A stretch of 64,000 nucleotides of DNA, taken from the NCBI GenBank assembly GCA_000995965.1, contig LBYD01000002.1, positions 7,889-71,888 on the forward strand, in the 5' to 3' direction. The notes under the pieces are model-generated. The model searched no databases. It worked only from the letters and a program-made list of their open reading frames with translations, and had not been told where the DNA came from. The DNA is from Candidatus Moranbacteria bacterium GW2011_GWC2_40_12 (GTDB taxonomy: Bacteria; Patescibacteriota; Minisyncoccia; Moranbacterales; UBA11712). The translations under genes were made by a program, and so were the position numbers. Positions 36,153 through 45,483 of this stretch are shown here, piece after piece (within the stretch, counting starts at the first letter, position 1; each line of letters starts with the position of its first letter).

Positions 36153-36575
36153 ATGGATCCAACATACAATTACCCATATTCAGGCGACGTGCCGGCAGCG
36201 GCGGCTGGTGGAGCTGCCCTTTTTGCGGGCGGAATGTTTTTGTTCATACTGTTCTTTGTTCTTGTTATTTATGTCCTGATGGCGATTTCCCTTATGAAAA
36301 TTGCCAACCGGACCAACACTCCCAACGCCTGGTTCGCCTGGATTCCGATCCTGAACCTCGTTTTGATGCTTCAGATCGCGGGGCGCCCGATGTGGTGGCT
36401 GGTTTTTTTCCTCGTCCCCATTATCAATATTGCCGGAATTGTTCTGCAGTTCGTGATCTGGGTGGATATTGCCAAAAAACTCGGAAAAACGGCAATTTGG
36501 GGAGTTCTCGCCGTTCTTATCCCGATTATTTTTATGCCTTATCTTGCTTTTTCCAAAAGCGACGGTGCGGTATGA
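36153..36575 (+). CDS. small 3-TM membrane protein (DUF5684-like pattern NAWFAWIPILN...GRPxWW)
   Basis: Hydrophobic profile and a conserved-looking NAW..IPI.N motif. Confidence 0.45.
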   Translation: MDPTYNYPYSGDVPAAAAGGAALFAGGMFLFILFFVLVIYVLMAISLMKIANRTNTPNAWFAWIPILNLVLMLQIAGRPMWWLVFFLVPIINIAGIVLQFVIWVDIAKKLGKTAIWGVLAVLIPIIFMPYLAFSKSDGAV

Positions 36576-36667
36576 CAGAAAAATAAAGTACCATAATAGC
36601 GTATTTAATATAGTCCCGACACAACGTCGGGGCTATATTTTTTGTCTATTACTGCTATAATAGCGTC

Positions 36668-37780
36668 ATGGCTGCAAAGAAAAATTTCGCAATAATTTTC
36701 ATTGTTCTTGCTTTGGCTGTTCTCGCTGGCCTGGGATATTTTCTTGTCTTTCCCAAAAACGCGCAAACTTTTGAAAATAAAACTCCCCTCGTCCGATCAG
36801 CCCCCGAACTCAATTCTTTTCGGGGAGTATTGGCGGATGTCTTGAGGAATACGGAAGCAAAAGCCGGGGAAATCAGAGAAAAAATTGCCGAAGCAATCCC
36901 GAACCCCTTTGTAAGCGAAAAAAAAGAAGCTGCGGATGAGAACAAGTTTGTTTTTGCCGTTCTGGGCGACACGCAATATTTCACCGCCGGAAATTCGCGA
37001 GGAAATTTCCAAAAGACTGTTGCCCAAATAAACAAAATAAATCCCGACCTTGTGATTTCCGTCGGCGACCTCATTGGCAACTGCAAAGGGAAAAAAGAAG
37101 ACGCGCAAGATTATGCCGATTGGAAAAATGCGCTCGGAGCGCTCTTCACGAAAACCTACGCCGTGCAGGGAAACCACGACCGGGTGGAAAACGTCGACAA
37201 ATGCGACCGGTTCTGGACAGATATTTTCAATTTTCCGATCGATGGACCAGATGGATTCGCCGAATTCGCCTATTCTCTCGACATCAAAAACTCCCATTTC
37301 GTTTTTTTGGATACTAACAAGCCCGACGCGCACGAAATAAATTCCATCCAGCGCAATTGGCTCGAACAAGACCTCGCCAAAAACAAGAAAGAAAATACTT
37401 TCGTAGTTTTTCACGAGCCGGCTTATCCGGTGAGCGATAAAAAAGGAGAAGGTCTTGACGCCGATCCTTCGGAACGAAACAGCCTTTGGGAAATCATCGA
37501 TAAATATAATGTGACTGGAGTTTTTAACGGACACGAACATATCGTCAGCCGCCGGAAAATTGATTCCAAAGTTTCCTCCGTGGCCAAAAACAGCGTCTAC
37601 CAATTCGTTTTCGGAAACACCGATTCTTTCGATCACGACCTTCCCTCCGCCGGCGTCGCAGAATACGCGAACCAGGGCCAGGGACGTTTTGGCCTCGTAA
37701 AAGTGAACGGCAAAGAAACAACCGTCGAAACGCACGGCCCGGACGGAACCTTGCTCAACACGTTTACATTCTCAAAATAG
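36668..37780 (+). CDS. calcineurin-like metallophosphoesterase with signal anchor
   Basis: GDTQY, GDLIGN, GNHD and GHEH motifs in the order typical of the MPP superfamily. Confidence 0.8.
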   Translation: MAAKKNFAIIFIVLALAVLAGLGYFLVFPKNAQTFENKTPLVRSAPELNSFRGVLADVLRNTEAKAGEIREKIAEAIPNPFVSEKKEAADENKFVFAVLGDTQYFTAGNSRGNFQKTVAQINKINPDLVISVGDLIGNCKGKKEDAQDYADWKNALGALFTKTYAVQGNHDRVENVDKCDRFWTDIFNFPIDGPDGFAEFAYSLDIKNSHFVFLDTNKPDAHEINSIQRNWLEQDLAKNKKENTFVVFHEPAYPVSDKKGEGLDADPSERNSLWEIIDKYNVTGVFNGHEHIVSRRKIDSKVSSVAKNSVYQFVFGNTDSFDHDLPSAGVAEYANQGQGRFGLVKVNGKETTVETHGPDGTLLNTFTFSK

Positions 37781-37797
37781 TCCTATAAAATACGGGC

Positions 37798-38022
37798 ATG
37801 ATTGCTCAATTTGCCTATTCGATATACTTTGGATTGCCTGTAGTAGCCTATGCCGGCATAATTACCCTTCTTCTTTTGCTGACGACGGCCACGCTTGGCT
37901 ATCTTTCGCTTTACAGGAATATTCAAAATGGCTTCAAACTTCATTTTTTCTTCGCGCGAATAACCATAGCTTTCGCGCTTATTCACGCTATTCTGGCGAT
38001 TTCGGCCTACTTAAAGTTCTGA
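37798..38022 (+). CDS. hypothetical 2-TM small protein (74 aa)
   Basis: ORF only. Confidence 0.3.
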   Translation: MIAQFAYSIYFGLPVVAYAGIITLLLLLTTATLGYLSLYRNIQNGFKLHFFFARITIAFALIHAILAISAYLKF

Positions 38023-38136
38023 CCCCGCAGAACAAATCCTGAAATAAACGTTCATATTCTTTGTATTATTCTTTTAGAGGGAAGACTTTCTTGCTATTTC
38101 AAATAATTTTTTTATCATAATAATTAAGAAAAAAAT

Positions 38137-38622
38137 ATGGAGGAACAGGTGGAGAAAAACGAAACTCCCGGGGAGTCGTCCAGCAACACGAATTACTGGA
38201 TCATTGTCATCGTCGCGCTGATTATGATTATTGGCATAATCTGGTATGCCGGCGCCAAGAAAAAAGTCGATCTTAATGAAGCGCCATCCTCGATACCCTC
38301 TCAAAATTCGCAGTCGACAAGCCAGTCAACGAGCGAAGTTCAAAAACAAACCGAAGCCGTTATTGAATACACTGATTCCGGCTTTTCGCCCCAGAGCGTA
38401 ACCGTCAAGATTAGCGACACCGTGGCATTCACCAACAACAGTTCCGGCGAAATGTGGGTCGCTTCCGCTCCGCACCCGGTTCACACAGATTATCCGGAAT
38501 TAGATGCCAAAAGGGCATACACCAAAGGTGAAACTTATTCCTTTACTTTCGAGAAAACAGGAACTTGGAAATTCCACAACCATCTCAACCCCACCAAGTT
38601 TGGTTCAGTAACTGTTCAATAA
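38137..38622 (+). CDS. membrane-anchored cupredoxin-like domain protein
   Basis: FSPQSVTVKISDTVAFTNNS...HP.H...GETYSFTFEKTGTWKFHNHLNP: a cupredoxin-like beta-sandwich pattern with His ligands. Confidence 0.5.
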   Translation: MEEQVEKNETPGESSSNTNYWIIVIVALIMIIGIIWYAGAKKKVDLNEAPSSIPSQNSQSTSQSTSEVQKQTEAVIEYTDSGFSPQSVTVKISDTVAFTNNSSGEMWVASAPHPVHTDYPELDAKRAYTKGETYSFTFEKTGTWKFHNHLNPTKFGSVTVQ

Positions 38623-38634
38623 AAGAAAAAAAAT

Positions 38635-38865
38635 ATGCCAAAAGTCCCAAACACCCCCAAAAACACAGGCAGATGTTTTTGCCTGAAGTGCCCCACTTTT
38701 CTCCAGTCGGATTGCCCGAAGGAGAAACAGGAAATATTATACTGCGCCAAGGGAAAATCTTCTTGCGATCTCGAGGAAAAAGGATGTCTTTGCGGCGCCT
38801 GCCCTGTGCATGAAGAGTATAACCTGGATGGCGGATATTTCTGCTTTCGCGGCGCGGCTGAATAG
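38635..38865 (+). CDS. DUF2769-like Cys-rich small protein
   Basis: CFCLKCPTF...C...YCAKGKSSC...GCLCGACPV matches the Cys spacing of the N-terminus of the adjacent GltS-like protein. Confidence 0.6.
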   Translation: MPKVPNTPKNTGRCFCLKCPTFLQSDCPKEKQEILYCAKGKSSCDLEEKGCLCGACPVHEEYNLDGGYFCFRGAAE

Positions 38866-38891
38866 AAATAAAAAATATCCGAGAGATAAAA

Positions 38892-38921
38892 ATATATCAG
38901 TATACTAGTATACTGATATAT
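38892..38921. terminator. Family-3 palindrome ATATATCAGTA-N8-TACTGATATAT acting as a bidirectional terminator between convergent genes
   Basis: Perfect 11-bp arms with T-runs on both sides. Confidence 0.55.
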
Positions 38922-38946
38922 TTTTATGGGAGTTTTATTTATTTTT

Positions 38947-40452
38947 TTACTTTTCTCCCAGCCACTTCACCCCGCAAATTTCCCCCAGATCCTTATTCAT
39001 CGCGACTAAATCCTCACTCGATAATTCATTCACGTCATTTTTTCCCAAAATTCTCGCAATTTCTGCTATTTCTTCGGTTGATATTTTGACAAAGTTTGAA
39101 AGTTTTCGAACGCCTTCTTTGATTTTCAATTGACTGGTCAACTCCGGCCGATGAGTCGTCACTCCTGTCGGGCAAAGTCCCGTGTGGCAAACGCGATACT
39201 GCTGGCAATTGATGGCGATGAGAGCGGCTGTCCCGATATAAACCGCATCCGCGCCCAGCGCCAGACATTTGGCAAAATCTGCTGAAATGCGGAGTCCGCC
39301 GGCCGCAATGAGAGAAATATTATTTTTTACTCCTAAATCTTTTAGCATTTTATATGCCCGGGGAACAGCGGCAAAAACCGGAATTCCGACATTATCTTTC
39401 ACGAATGCGTCCGTGGCTCCCGTTCCTCCGCCGAATCCGTCAATCGCGATGAAATCGACTCCGGCCTCGGCCAAAACTTTCACATCCTTCTCAACATTTC
39501 CGCAGCCGATTTTCGCGCCGACAGGAACGCCGCCCGTCATTTCGCGAAGCCACGCAACTTTATTTTTTATTTCCTCCAAAGTTTCCATATCATGATGATG
39601 CGCTGGTGAATAAGCCGGCTCACCAGTCTTGAGTCCCCGCAGATTCGCGACTTCCTCCGTCATTTTTTTGGCCGGCAGATAGCTTCCCTTCCCGGGATAG
39701 GCGCCTTGTCCGAAGCGGATTTCCACCGCCGCCACTTTTTTGATCACATCTTCATTCAATCCGAATCGCCCGGTCGCGTATTGTCCGATCAGAAATTCTT
39801 TCGATTCATATTCTTCATCGAGTATCCCCCCTTCTCCTGAATTGAAACCGATTTTCAGATATTTGGCCGCTTGCGAAATGACAAGATGCACATTTTTCGA
39901 AGTGGATCCGAAACTCATTCCCGAAATCATTATCGGGGAAGAAACTTTCATCGGCTTTTTGGCTTTCGGACCGATGGTAACTTCTGTGTTCACTTTTTCT
40001 TCCCGGTCGAGCGGAATTTTCGCCACTTGTGCGGGCATGAAATGCAAATTACCAAGTGAAAAATTGCAACCCGGTTTTTTGAGCGAACCCATCGGACGGA
40101 CAATTCTCTCCCCTGTTTCAGCCAGCGTTTTGATGTCAACGACGGTTTGATAAAATTCATCGCTCTCATTTGATTTCTTTTTCCGCATCACAACTTTTCC
40201 ACCAAAGGCGGATCCGCCTCGGCCGGAAGCTAGTTCTATTGTGTCCCGCGTGCAATAATATATTTCTTTGAGATTATTTTCCGACCAAACCAAACATCCC
40301 GGGCAAAGACAACTCTTAGCGCTGACATCACACTGACTGTGCCCTATTTCTTCAGAGCAATACAAAACTTCCCCATTGCAATCATGCGGATAAGAAGGAC
40401 AATTGGGACAAAGGCATTTTTGACGGTTTTCCTTGGAATTTTTGACCGGCAT
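38947..40452 (-). CDS. glutamate synthase domain-2-like FMN oxidoreductase with N-terminal DUF2769 Cys-rich domain
   Basis: N-terminal CLCPNCPSYPHDC...YCS...CLCPGCLV; core SGMSFGSTS, EGG, DGFGGGTGA and AAGGL...GADAVYIG motifs of the GltB FMN-binding domain. Confidence 0.8.
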   Translation of the reverse strand: MPVKNSKENRQKCLCPNCPSYPHDCNGEVLYCSEEIGHSQCDVSAKSCLCPGCLVWSENNLKEIYYCTRDTIELASGRGGSAFGGKVVMRKKKSNESDEFYQTVVDIKTLAETGERIVRPMGSLKKPGCNFSLGNLHFMPAQVAKIPLDREEKVNTEVTIGPKAKKPMKVSSPIMISGMSFGSTSKNVHLVISQAAKYLKIGFNSGEGGILDEEYESKEFLIGQYATGRFGLNEDVIKKVAAVEIRFGQGAYPGKGSYLPAKKMTEEVANLRGLKTGEPAYSPAHHHDMETLEEIKNKVAWLREMTGGVPVGAKIGCGNVEKDVKVLAEAGVDFIAIDGFGGGTGATDAFVKDNVGIPVFAAVPRAYKMLKDLGVKNNISLIAAGGLRISADFAKCLALGADAVYIGTAALIAINCQQYRVCHTGLCPTGVTTHRPELTSQLKIKEGVRKLSNFVKISTEEIAEIARILGKNDVNELSSEDLVAMNKDLGEICGVKWLGEK

Positions 40453-41058
40453 AAAATAAGTATACTCTCAATCCTTTATACCAATACTATATACAAAAAA
40501 ATGAAGGGTCTCAAGGAGTTCCGACTCTTCGCGTACTAAGGGGAAGCTTAGACGCGCGAAAGAAAATAGAACTTCTCAAGACCCGTATGGCGGGGCCGAG
40601 CTTTGATATTTTCTCAGCTGGCTTCTTTCCAACCTTTTTTGCGGTTGACTCAAAGCGATTCTGGGCCCCGTGTAATGAACTACTACACCGGATAAGGCAT
40701 TTTTCTTTTGGAAAATGAATTCAGAAATCCCGCCGAAATCCGCTAGACAAGGACGCAGTATCCTATCATTTAACCCTATAATCTCTCACGACAATCCCGC
40801 CTCTAATTCTCTTAACCGAAACCCGTTGTTTTTCTCGCCAGCCGAGTTCACGGATGATCTCAATTGGAATCGTCACCGCGAGGCTAGTTTTTCCGACCCT
40901 CGTTATTTTTCTCGTGTTTTTGTCTTTTAGTTTCATATACTTATCGAAGTAAGTATTAAAGTAAGTATTTTCTGCCCCTATCCTAACCCAAACCGCCGAT
41001 TTTGTCGAGAAAAAACAGGACTAGATCCTGTTCTTATTTCATATGGATACTGGCTTTG

Positions 41059-41313
41059 TTATTCCAAGTCTTTTTTCATCTTCTCGAAATCCTCTTTGGT
41101 TATCTCGCCCTTGGCGTAACGCTGCTTGAGAATATCCAAAGCGCTTTTTTCCTTTTGCTTATGTTCACCAAGATCATGCCCGCAAGCGTGGCCGGAAAAG
41201 CCGCGGATCAAAGCGAAAACCGCGAAAAATATCAGCGCCCAAAAGATGATCATGAAAACGAAGCCGAAACCAAAGCCCAACCCCCCCATATGCCCGTAAT
41301 AATTTCCCCACAT
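41059..41313 (-). CDS. SHOCT-domain membrane protein
   Basis: C-terminal LDILKQRYAKGEITKEDFEKMKKDL is the SHOCT motif; N-terminal TM helix. Confidence 0.8.
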   Translation of the reverse strand: MWGNYYGHMGGLGFGFGFVFMIIFWALIFFAVFALIRGFSGHACGHDLGEHKQKEKSALDILKQRYAKGEITKEDFEKMKKDLE

Positions 41314-41445
41314 ATGTTTTTCTTACTATTTATCCTCTGAAATATTTATTACGCTTTGGGCATTTCTTTGTTTCGGTTGCCATATTTATCAAGAAAAAAA
41401 GCCCCAGGGAAACTTCTCGTTGGTGAGAAGCTCCCCAGAGCAAGC

Positions 41446-42693
41446 TTAGGCCTCTCCAGTCTGCCCGGCAGCAGCCAAATTTCTGACAGTATCGGCCGCC
41501 CAGGCAACCCACCCCTGGGACCAAACATGCAAATTTTCCTGCTTTTTGTCCATACTGGCCTTTTCCTCGCAATAGAGGCAGTTAGGCCCGCCGTCGATCT
41601 CGACCACGTCATAAGTGCCTTTGTAAAGATCGAGAGTAACGTGACCAGTAATGAAGCGCGCCGCGCTGGCAATCGCGGCTTGGAGCATCGCCGAGACGGG
41701 ATGGAAAAACTTCCCGCCATAAACCGCTTTGGCAAACATGCGGGAAGTGATGTCAAGATAGAGGCGACTCTCGTCGTCAATGATCACCCCAACCATTATC
41801 AGATATGCGATGAAAACCAGGGTCACTCCCGGAGATTCGTAGATTCCCCTGCTTTTGAGGCCAAGCACGCGGTTTTCAATCTGGTCGAGACCGATCCCAA
41901 TGGCATTTTCTCCGGCAATGGCGTTGAGAGTCAGAAAAATCTCCTCCAGATTCATTTCTACGTCGTTTACTGCCACGGGCCGCCCCGCCTTGAAAATGAT
42001 CTTCACTCGCGTTTTTTTGTCCGGGGCATCGAAGGGGCTATTACCCATGACAAACTTCACGGCACTCGTGGCCGTAGTGAGTTTTTCCAGAATTCCCGCC
42101 TCATGGGTCAGCCCGGCGAAATTGGCGTCGGTGGAATAGGGCTGTTCCAAGGTAGCGGAAATTACCAGGCCAAAGTTCTCGCAATAATGGATCATTTCCG
42201 GGCGACCGCCGAGTTCGTCAATGAAGCTCTGGTCCCGCCAAGGGACATACATCTCCAGATCGGGAGCGAGAGCCGCGAGGGCCAGCTCGAACCTGATCTG
42301 ATCATTGCCTTTGCCCGTGGAGCCATGGGATACCGCATCGGCACCCACTTTGCGAATAGTTGGCAAAGCTACTGCCACAGCTGCCATGCGGGCAATGGAG
42401 GTCGTCAGCATATAACGGCCATCGTAGCAGGCCAGGCCTTGGATAACCTTCAGCATATACTCTGCCAGCTTGGCTTTGCCGTCAATGAGATACGCCTCAA
42501 CCGCTCCTGCGGCCTTCATGCGCCGTGGAATATCCGAAAGGTCATTTTCATCCGGCTGGGCAAAATCCACCGTGATGGCGATGACCCGAATGCCTTTTTC
42601 GGTCATCCACTTGATTATGGCAGTACTGTCCAGCCCGCCCGATACCAAAACCGCAATGGTCTTTCCGACAAAATCTTTCCAAGTTTTAAACAT
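41446..42693 (-). CDS. argG: argininosuccinate synthase (core 416 aa; the open frame continues upstream to 43161)
   Basis: AVLVSGGLDST, GSTGKGNDQIRFE and GRYMLTTSIAR motifs; the in-frame 156-codon upstream extension is described under findings. Confidence 0.9.
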   Translation of the reverse strand: MFKTWKDFVGKTIAVLVSGGLDSTAIIKWMTEKGIRVIAITVDFAQPDENDLSDIPRRMKAAGAVEAYLIDGKAKLAEYMLKVIQGLACYDGRYMLTTSIARMAAVAVALPTIRKVGADAVSHGSTGKGNDQIRFELALAALAPDLEMYVPWRDQSFIDELGGRPEMIHYCENFGLVISATLEQPYSTDANFAGLTHEAGILEKLTTATSAVKFVMGNSPFDAPDKKTRVKIIFKAGRPVAVNDVEMNLEEIFLTLNAIAGENAIGIGLDQIENRVLGLKSRGIYESPGVTLVFIAYLIMVGVIIDDESRLYLDITSRMFAKAVYGGKFFHPVSAMLQAAIASAARFITGHVTLDLYKGTYDVVEIDGGPNCLYCEEKASMDKKQENLHVWSQGWVAWAADTVRNLAAAGQTGEA

Positions 42694-43386
42694 GACTGCC
42701 TCCTTTAGACAAGCTATCACCCCTCTCTGGGATGGCTTTCCGCAACTCTCTTTGTTGCTGAAATTCCAGTTAACGCTTTCTCCTGGGAAGTTTTTCGGAA
42801 ACCCGATCACTTGAACGCGACGAAGATTCCCGAAATCTTTTTCTTTATCAGCTTTCCTTACTTCGGTGGTGATGACGAATAGATCATCAAAGCCAATGTA
42901 GGCAACCTCGACCAAAGTATCCCCGTTCACATGACAAAGGACCGAACCCAGATCAAGAACGGGAATAATCACCACGGCAGTAATTCCCTTTTTGGCTAAG
43001 AAATCCTGGACTTTTATCTGGTTTTTTTCCAGGATATTCCGGGCCAACTGCTTCTCTCTGAAGGTCTTGTTTCTTCTTCCCAGTGGACCGAAATCGCGTG
43101 GAATTCCGCGACGTTTGAATTCCCGATTTATCTGCAAGCCTCCTCCGACGCAAATCACCACGTAATGTGTTTGAGATAGATCCCCGAGCTATTTGATAAC
43201 ATCCCGGCGAGTAACTAAATCGCCCGAGACTTTTACGAAAGCGGTTTTACGCATATTTGCAACCCCCTTATTCCCAGCCCGAAGCTGTATTTTATTGGTA
43301 AAGAAGTGGATACAAAATAGCGCAGATGCAAATATTTATCAAGAAAAAGGGGGCTTTGAGCCTGGATGTTTATTTTTGCGCATTGG

Positions 43387-44403
43387 CTAATAAGTGCACC
43401 AGGGATTCGGGTATTCGTCGGGATCAAGACAGCATTCCATATCGAGATGCTTCCCTTTGTTCTGCCGGCTCTTTCGCGGCTTGTCATTTTTCTTGGCGCA
43501 GACCAATTTGCCGCCCACAACTTTGAAAGACACTGGTTTTGGCGCGGTTATTTTGGGTTTGAGGGGCGCGGGTTTCGGTCTCACAATATCAATGAGCCCC
43601 AAAGTGGAGGCCGCGGCATAATACTGCGGGAAATTATCGTTGATAGCCAACCTGGGATCAGCTCCTTGCTGGGATTCTGCGCTGAGGACTGGAACAATAT
43701 TATAAATATATCGTTCTTTCACAATACTAAAAAACAAAGCGGGACCATAGCAGTCATCTGTTGGAGGAATATATATTTCTTCGGCGGGAAAATCATCAAC
43801 GTCGAACGCGTGGCCTTCGATATTTTGGCATCGCGCATCATTTTTCAGATCTTGATTTTTTAGAGTTGGATATTCTTCGGTATTCGATATCTCCTTCGTT
43901 TTCGGAACGTCATAAACAGCCACATCAAACCCAAGATAGGGATTCTCTCCAGCATCATTTTTTCTGAATTGATAGCGGGCCTCCCATTTCGATCCGGCCG
44001 ATTTTCTCTGGCTTTTTGGCGCGATCCATTCACCGGGATATTTCACAGAAAAACCCCAAAACTGGTTGCTGAAATCCTTCCAGCCGCCCAAGTCAGTTGA
44101 ATTTATTATCTTTTCAGCCTCCGCCGAAATATCCGTTTCTGTCATGATCGGATCCGGACTGCTGTCTCCGGCGACGACTCCCTCAGTCTCATCGGCGATT
44201 TTCACGGCGGCGGCCGGCATCCTTTCTCCGGCTGGGGCGCTTCGAAAATTTCGGGGCATATTTGAATATAAAAATGCCGCCGCAAAAAAAATGGCAGCTG
44301 ACACGACGACGATGTCCCTTTTTATGTTCGTCCGGCATGTCATTCCTCTGCAAAATATCGAGTTCCACTCCCTGAATGATTTTTTGAAATTTTCGATGGT
44401 CAT
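43387..44403 (-). CDS. membrane-anchored protein with conserved C-terminal Cys motif (family member C)
   Basis: C-terminus ...GGKLVCAKKNDKPRKSRQNKGKHLDMECCLDPDEYPNPWCTY; body homologous to 22684-23688 (e.g. GFDVAVYD, YIYNIVPVL, NFPQYYAAASTL blocks). Confidence 0.55.
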   Translation of the reverse strand: MTIENFKKSFREWNSIFCRGMTCRTNIKRDIVVVSAAIFFAAAFLYSNMPRNFRSAPAGERMPAAAVKIADETEGVVAGDSSPDPIMTETDISAEAEKIINSTDLGGWKDFSNQFWGFSVKYPGEWIAPKSQRKSAGSKWEARYQFRKNDAGENPYLGFDVAVYDVPKTKEISNTEEYPTLKNQDLKNDARCQNIEGHAFDVDDFPAEEIYIPPTDDCYGPALFFSIVKERYIYNIVPVLSAESQQGADPRLAINDNFPQYYAAASTLGLIDIVRPKPAPLKPKITAPKPVSFKVVGGKLVCAKKNDKPRKSRQNKGKHLDMECCLDPDEYPNPWCTY

Positions 44404-44474
44404 AATTTATGAATTAGGGTTAGTCATTTTCTGTTATTACATCGGCATCGGAAAAATATCTCACAGGTCACTCA

Positions 44475-45431
44475 ATGTCCAGCGCAACCAAGAGCGCAGT
44501 GACCAATCCGAAAAAGGATATTTTTAAACAACCGGCGCTTTATGCTATATACTTTATACTATATACTTTATGTATGCTATACATTTGGCAACATATTCCC
44601 CAATATATCAACCCGATCGCCTTCAACATCGGACCGATTCAAATTGCCTGGTATGGGATTATGTATTTGGTTGCCTTCGCAGTAGTTTATTATTTCGTCC
44701 GCTATCGGATTCAGAGGGATAATTTGGGAATTTCACTTGAAACCGTCCAGGATTTTTTTCCGTGGGCGATTGTCGGGCTTCTTCTGGGCGCGCGGCTGGG
44801 AGATGTTTTCATTTATGATTGGAGTTATTTCCAAAATCATCTCTCGCAGATTTTTCTCCCGTTTGATATTCATAACAATTGGCAATATATCGGGATTTAC
44901 GGGATGAGCTATTTTGGGGGACTCGTTGGACTGATTATCACTTTCGTAATATTCTCATTTTTAAGGTTCGGCCTTAAAAAACGGAGTATTGCAAAAATAC
45001 TGGAGTTCTCTGATCTTTTCGCACCTGCTGTTCCGCTCGGTTTCACTTTCGGCCGCTTGGGAAATTTCGCGAACGGGGAACTCTGGGGCCGAGTGACGAA
45101 TAAGTTTTGGGGAATGTATTTCCCCGCTGATTTTTCCGGCCAACTCCGCCACCCATCGCAGCTTTATGAAGCGTTTCTTGAGGGAATTTTGCTCTTTGCG
45201 GTGTTGTGGAGTATTAGAAAAATAAAATTTCCGACAGGATATCTCACTGCCCTTTATTTGATCGGCTACGGCCTCGCCCGCTTCACAGCCGAATTCTTCC
45301 GCGAGCCTGACAACGGCTGGATTTTTTGGCAACTGACATTTGGGCAATGGTTGTCAGTTTTCCTGTTCATAACAGGAACATCCCTGCTTTTTCGCAGAAA
45401 ATCTTCCAGCTTCCGGCTGCCACTTCACTAA
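44475..45431 (+). CDS. lgt: prolipoprotein diacylglyceryl transferase
   Basis: GRLGNFANGELWG signature; polytopic; the true start may be an internal Met. Confidence 0.85.
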   Translation: MSSATKSAVTNPKKDIFKQPALYAIYFILYTLCMLYIWQHIPQYINPIAFNIGPIQIAWYGIMYLVAFAVVYYFVRYRIQRDNLGISLETVQDFFPWAIVGLLLGARLGDVFIYDWSYFQNHLSQIFLPFDIHNNWQYIGIYGMSYFGGLVGLIITFVIFSFLRFGLKKRSIAKILEFSDLFAPAVPLGFTFGRLGNFANGELWGRVTNKFWGMYFPADFSGQLRHPSQLYEAFLEGILLFAVLWSIRKIKFPTGYLTALYLIGYGLARFTAEFFREPDNGWIFWQLTFGQWLSVFLFITGTSLLFRRKSSSFRLPLH

Positions 45432-45483
45432 AAATACACTTTGTGCTATACAAATAAAACTCCGCTTACTGCTGTATCAGTTT

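Noticed and set aside
41446-43161. Treating the whole 571-aa frame as a conventional ArgG
   Set aside because: ArgG homology begins only at the Met at 42693. The upstream 156 codons are kept as a separate observation (possible ArgR_C-like extension) rather than merged into the enzyme call with confidence.
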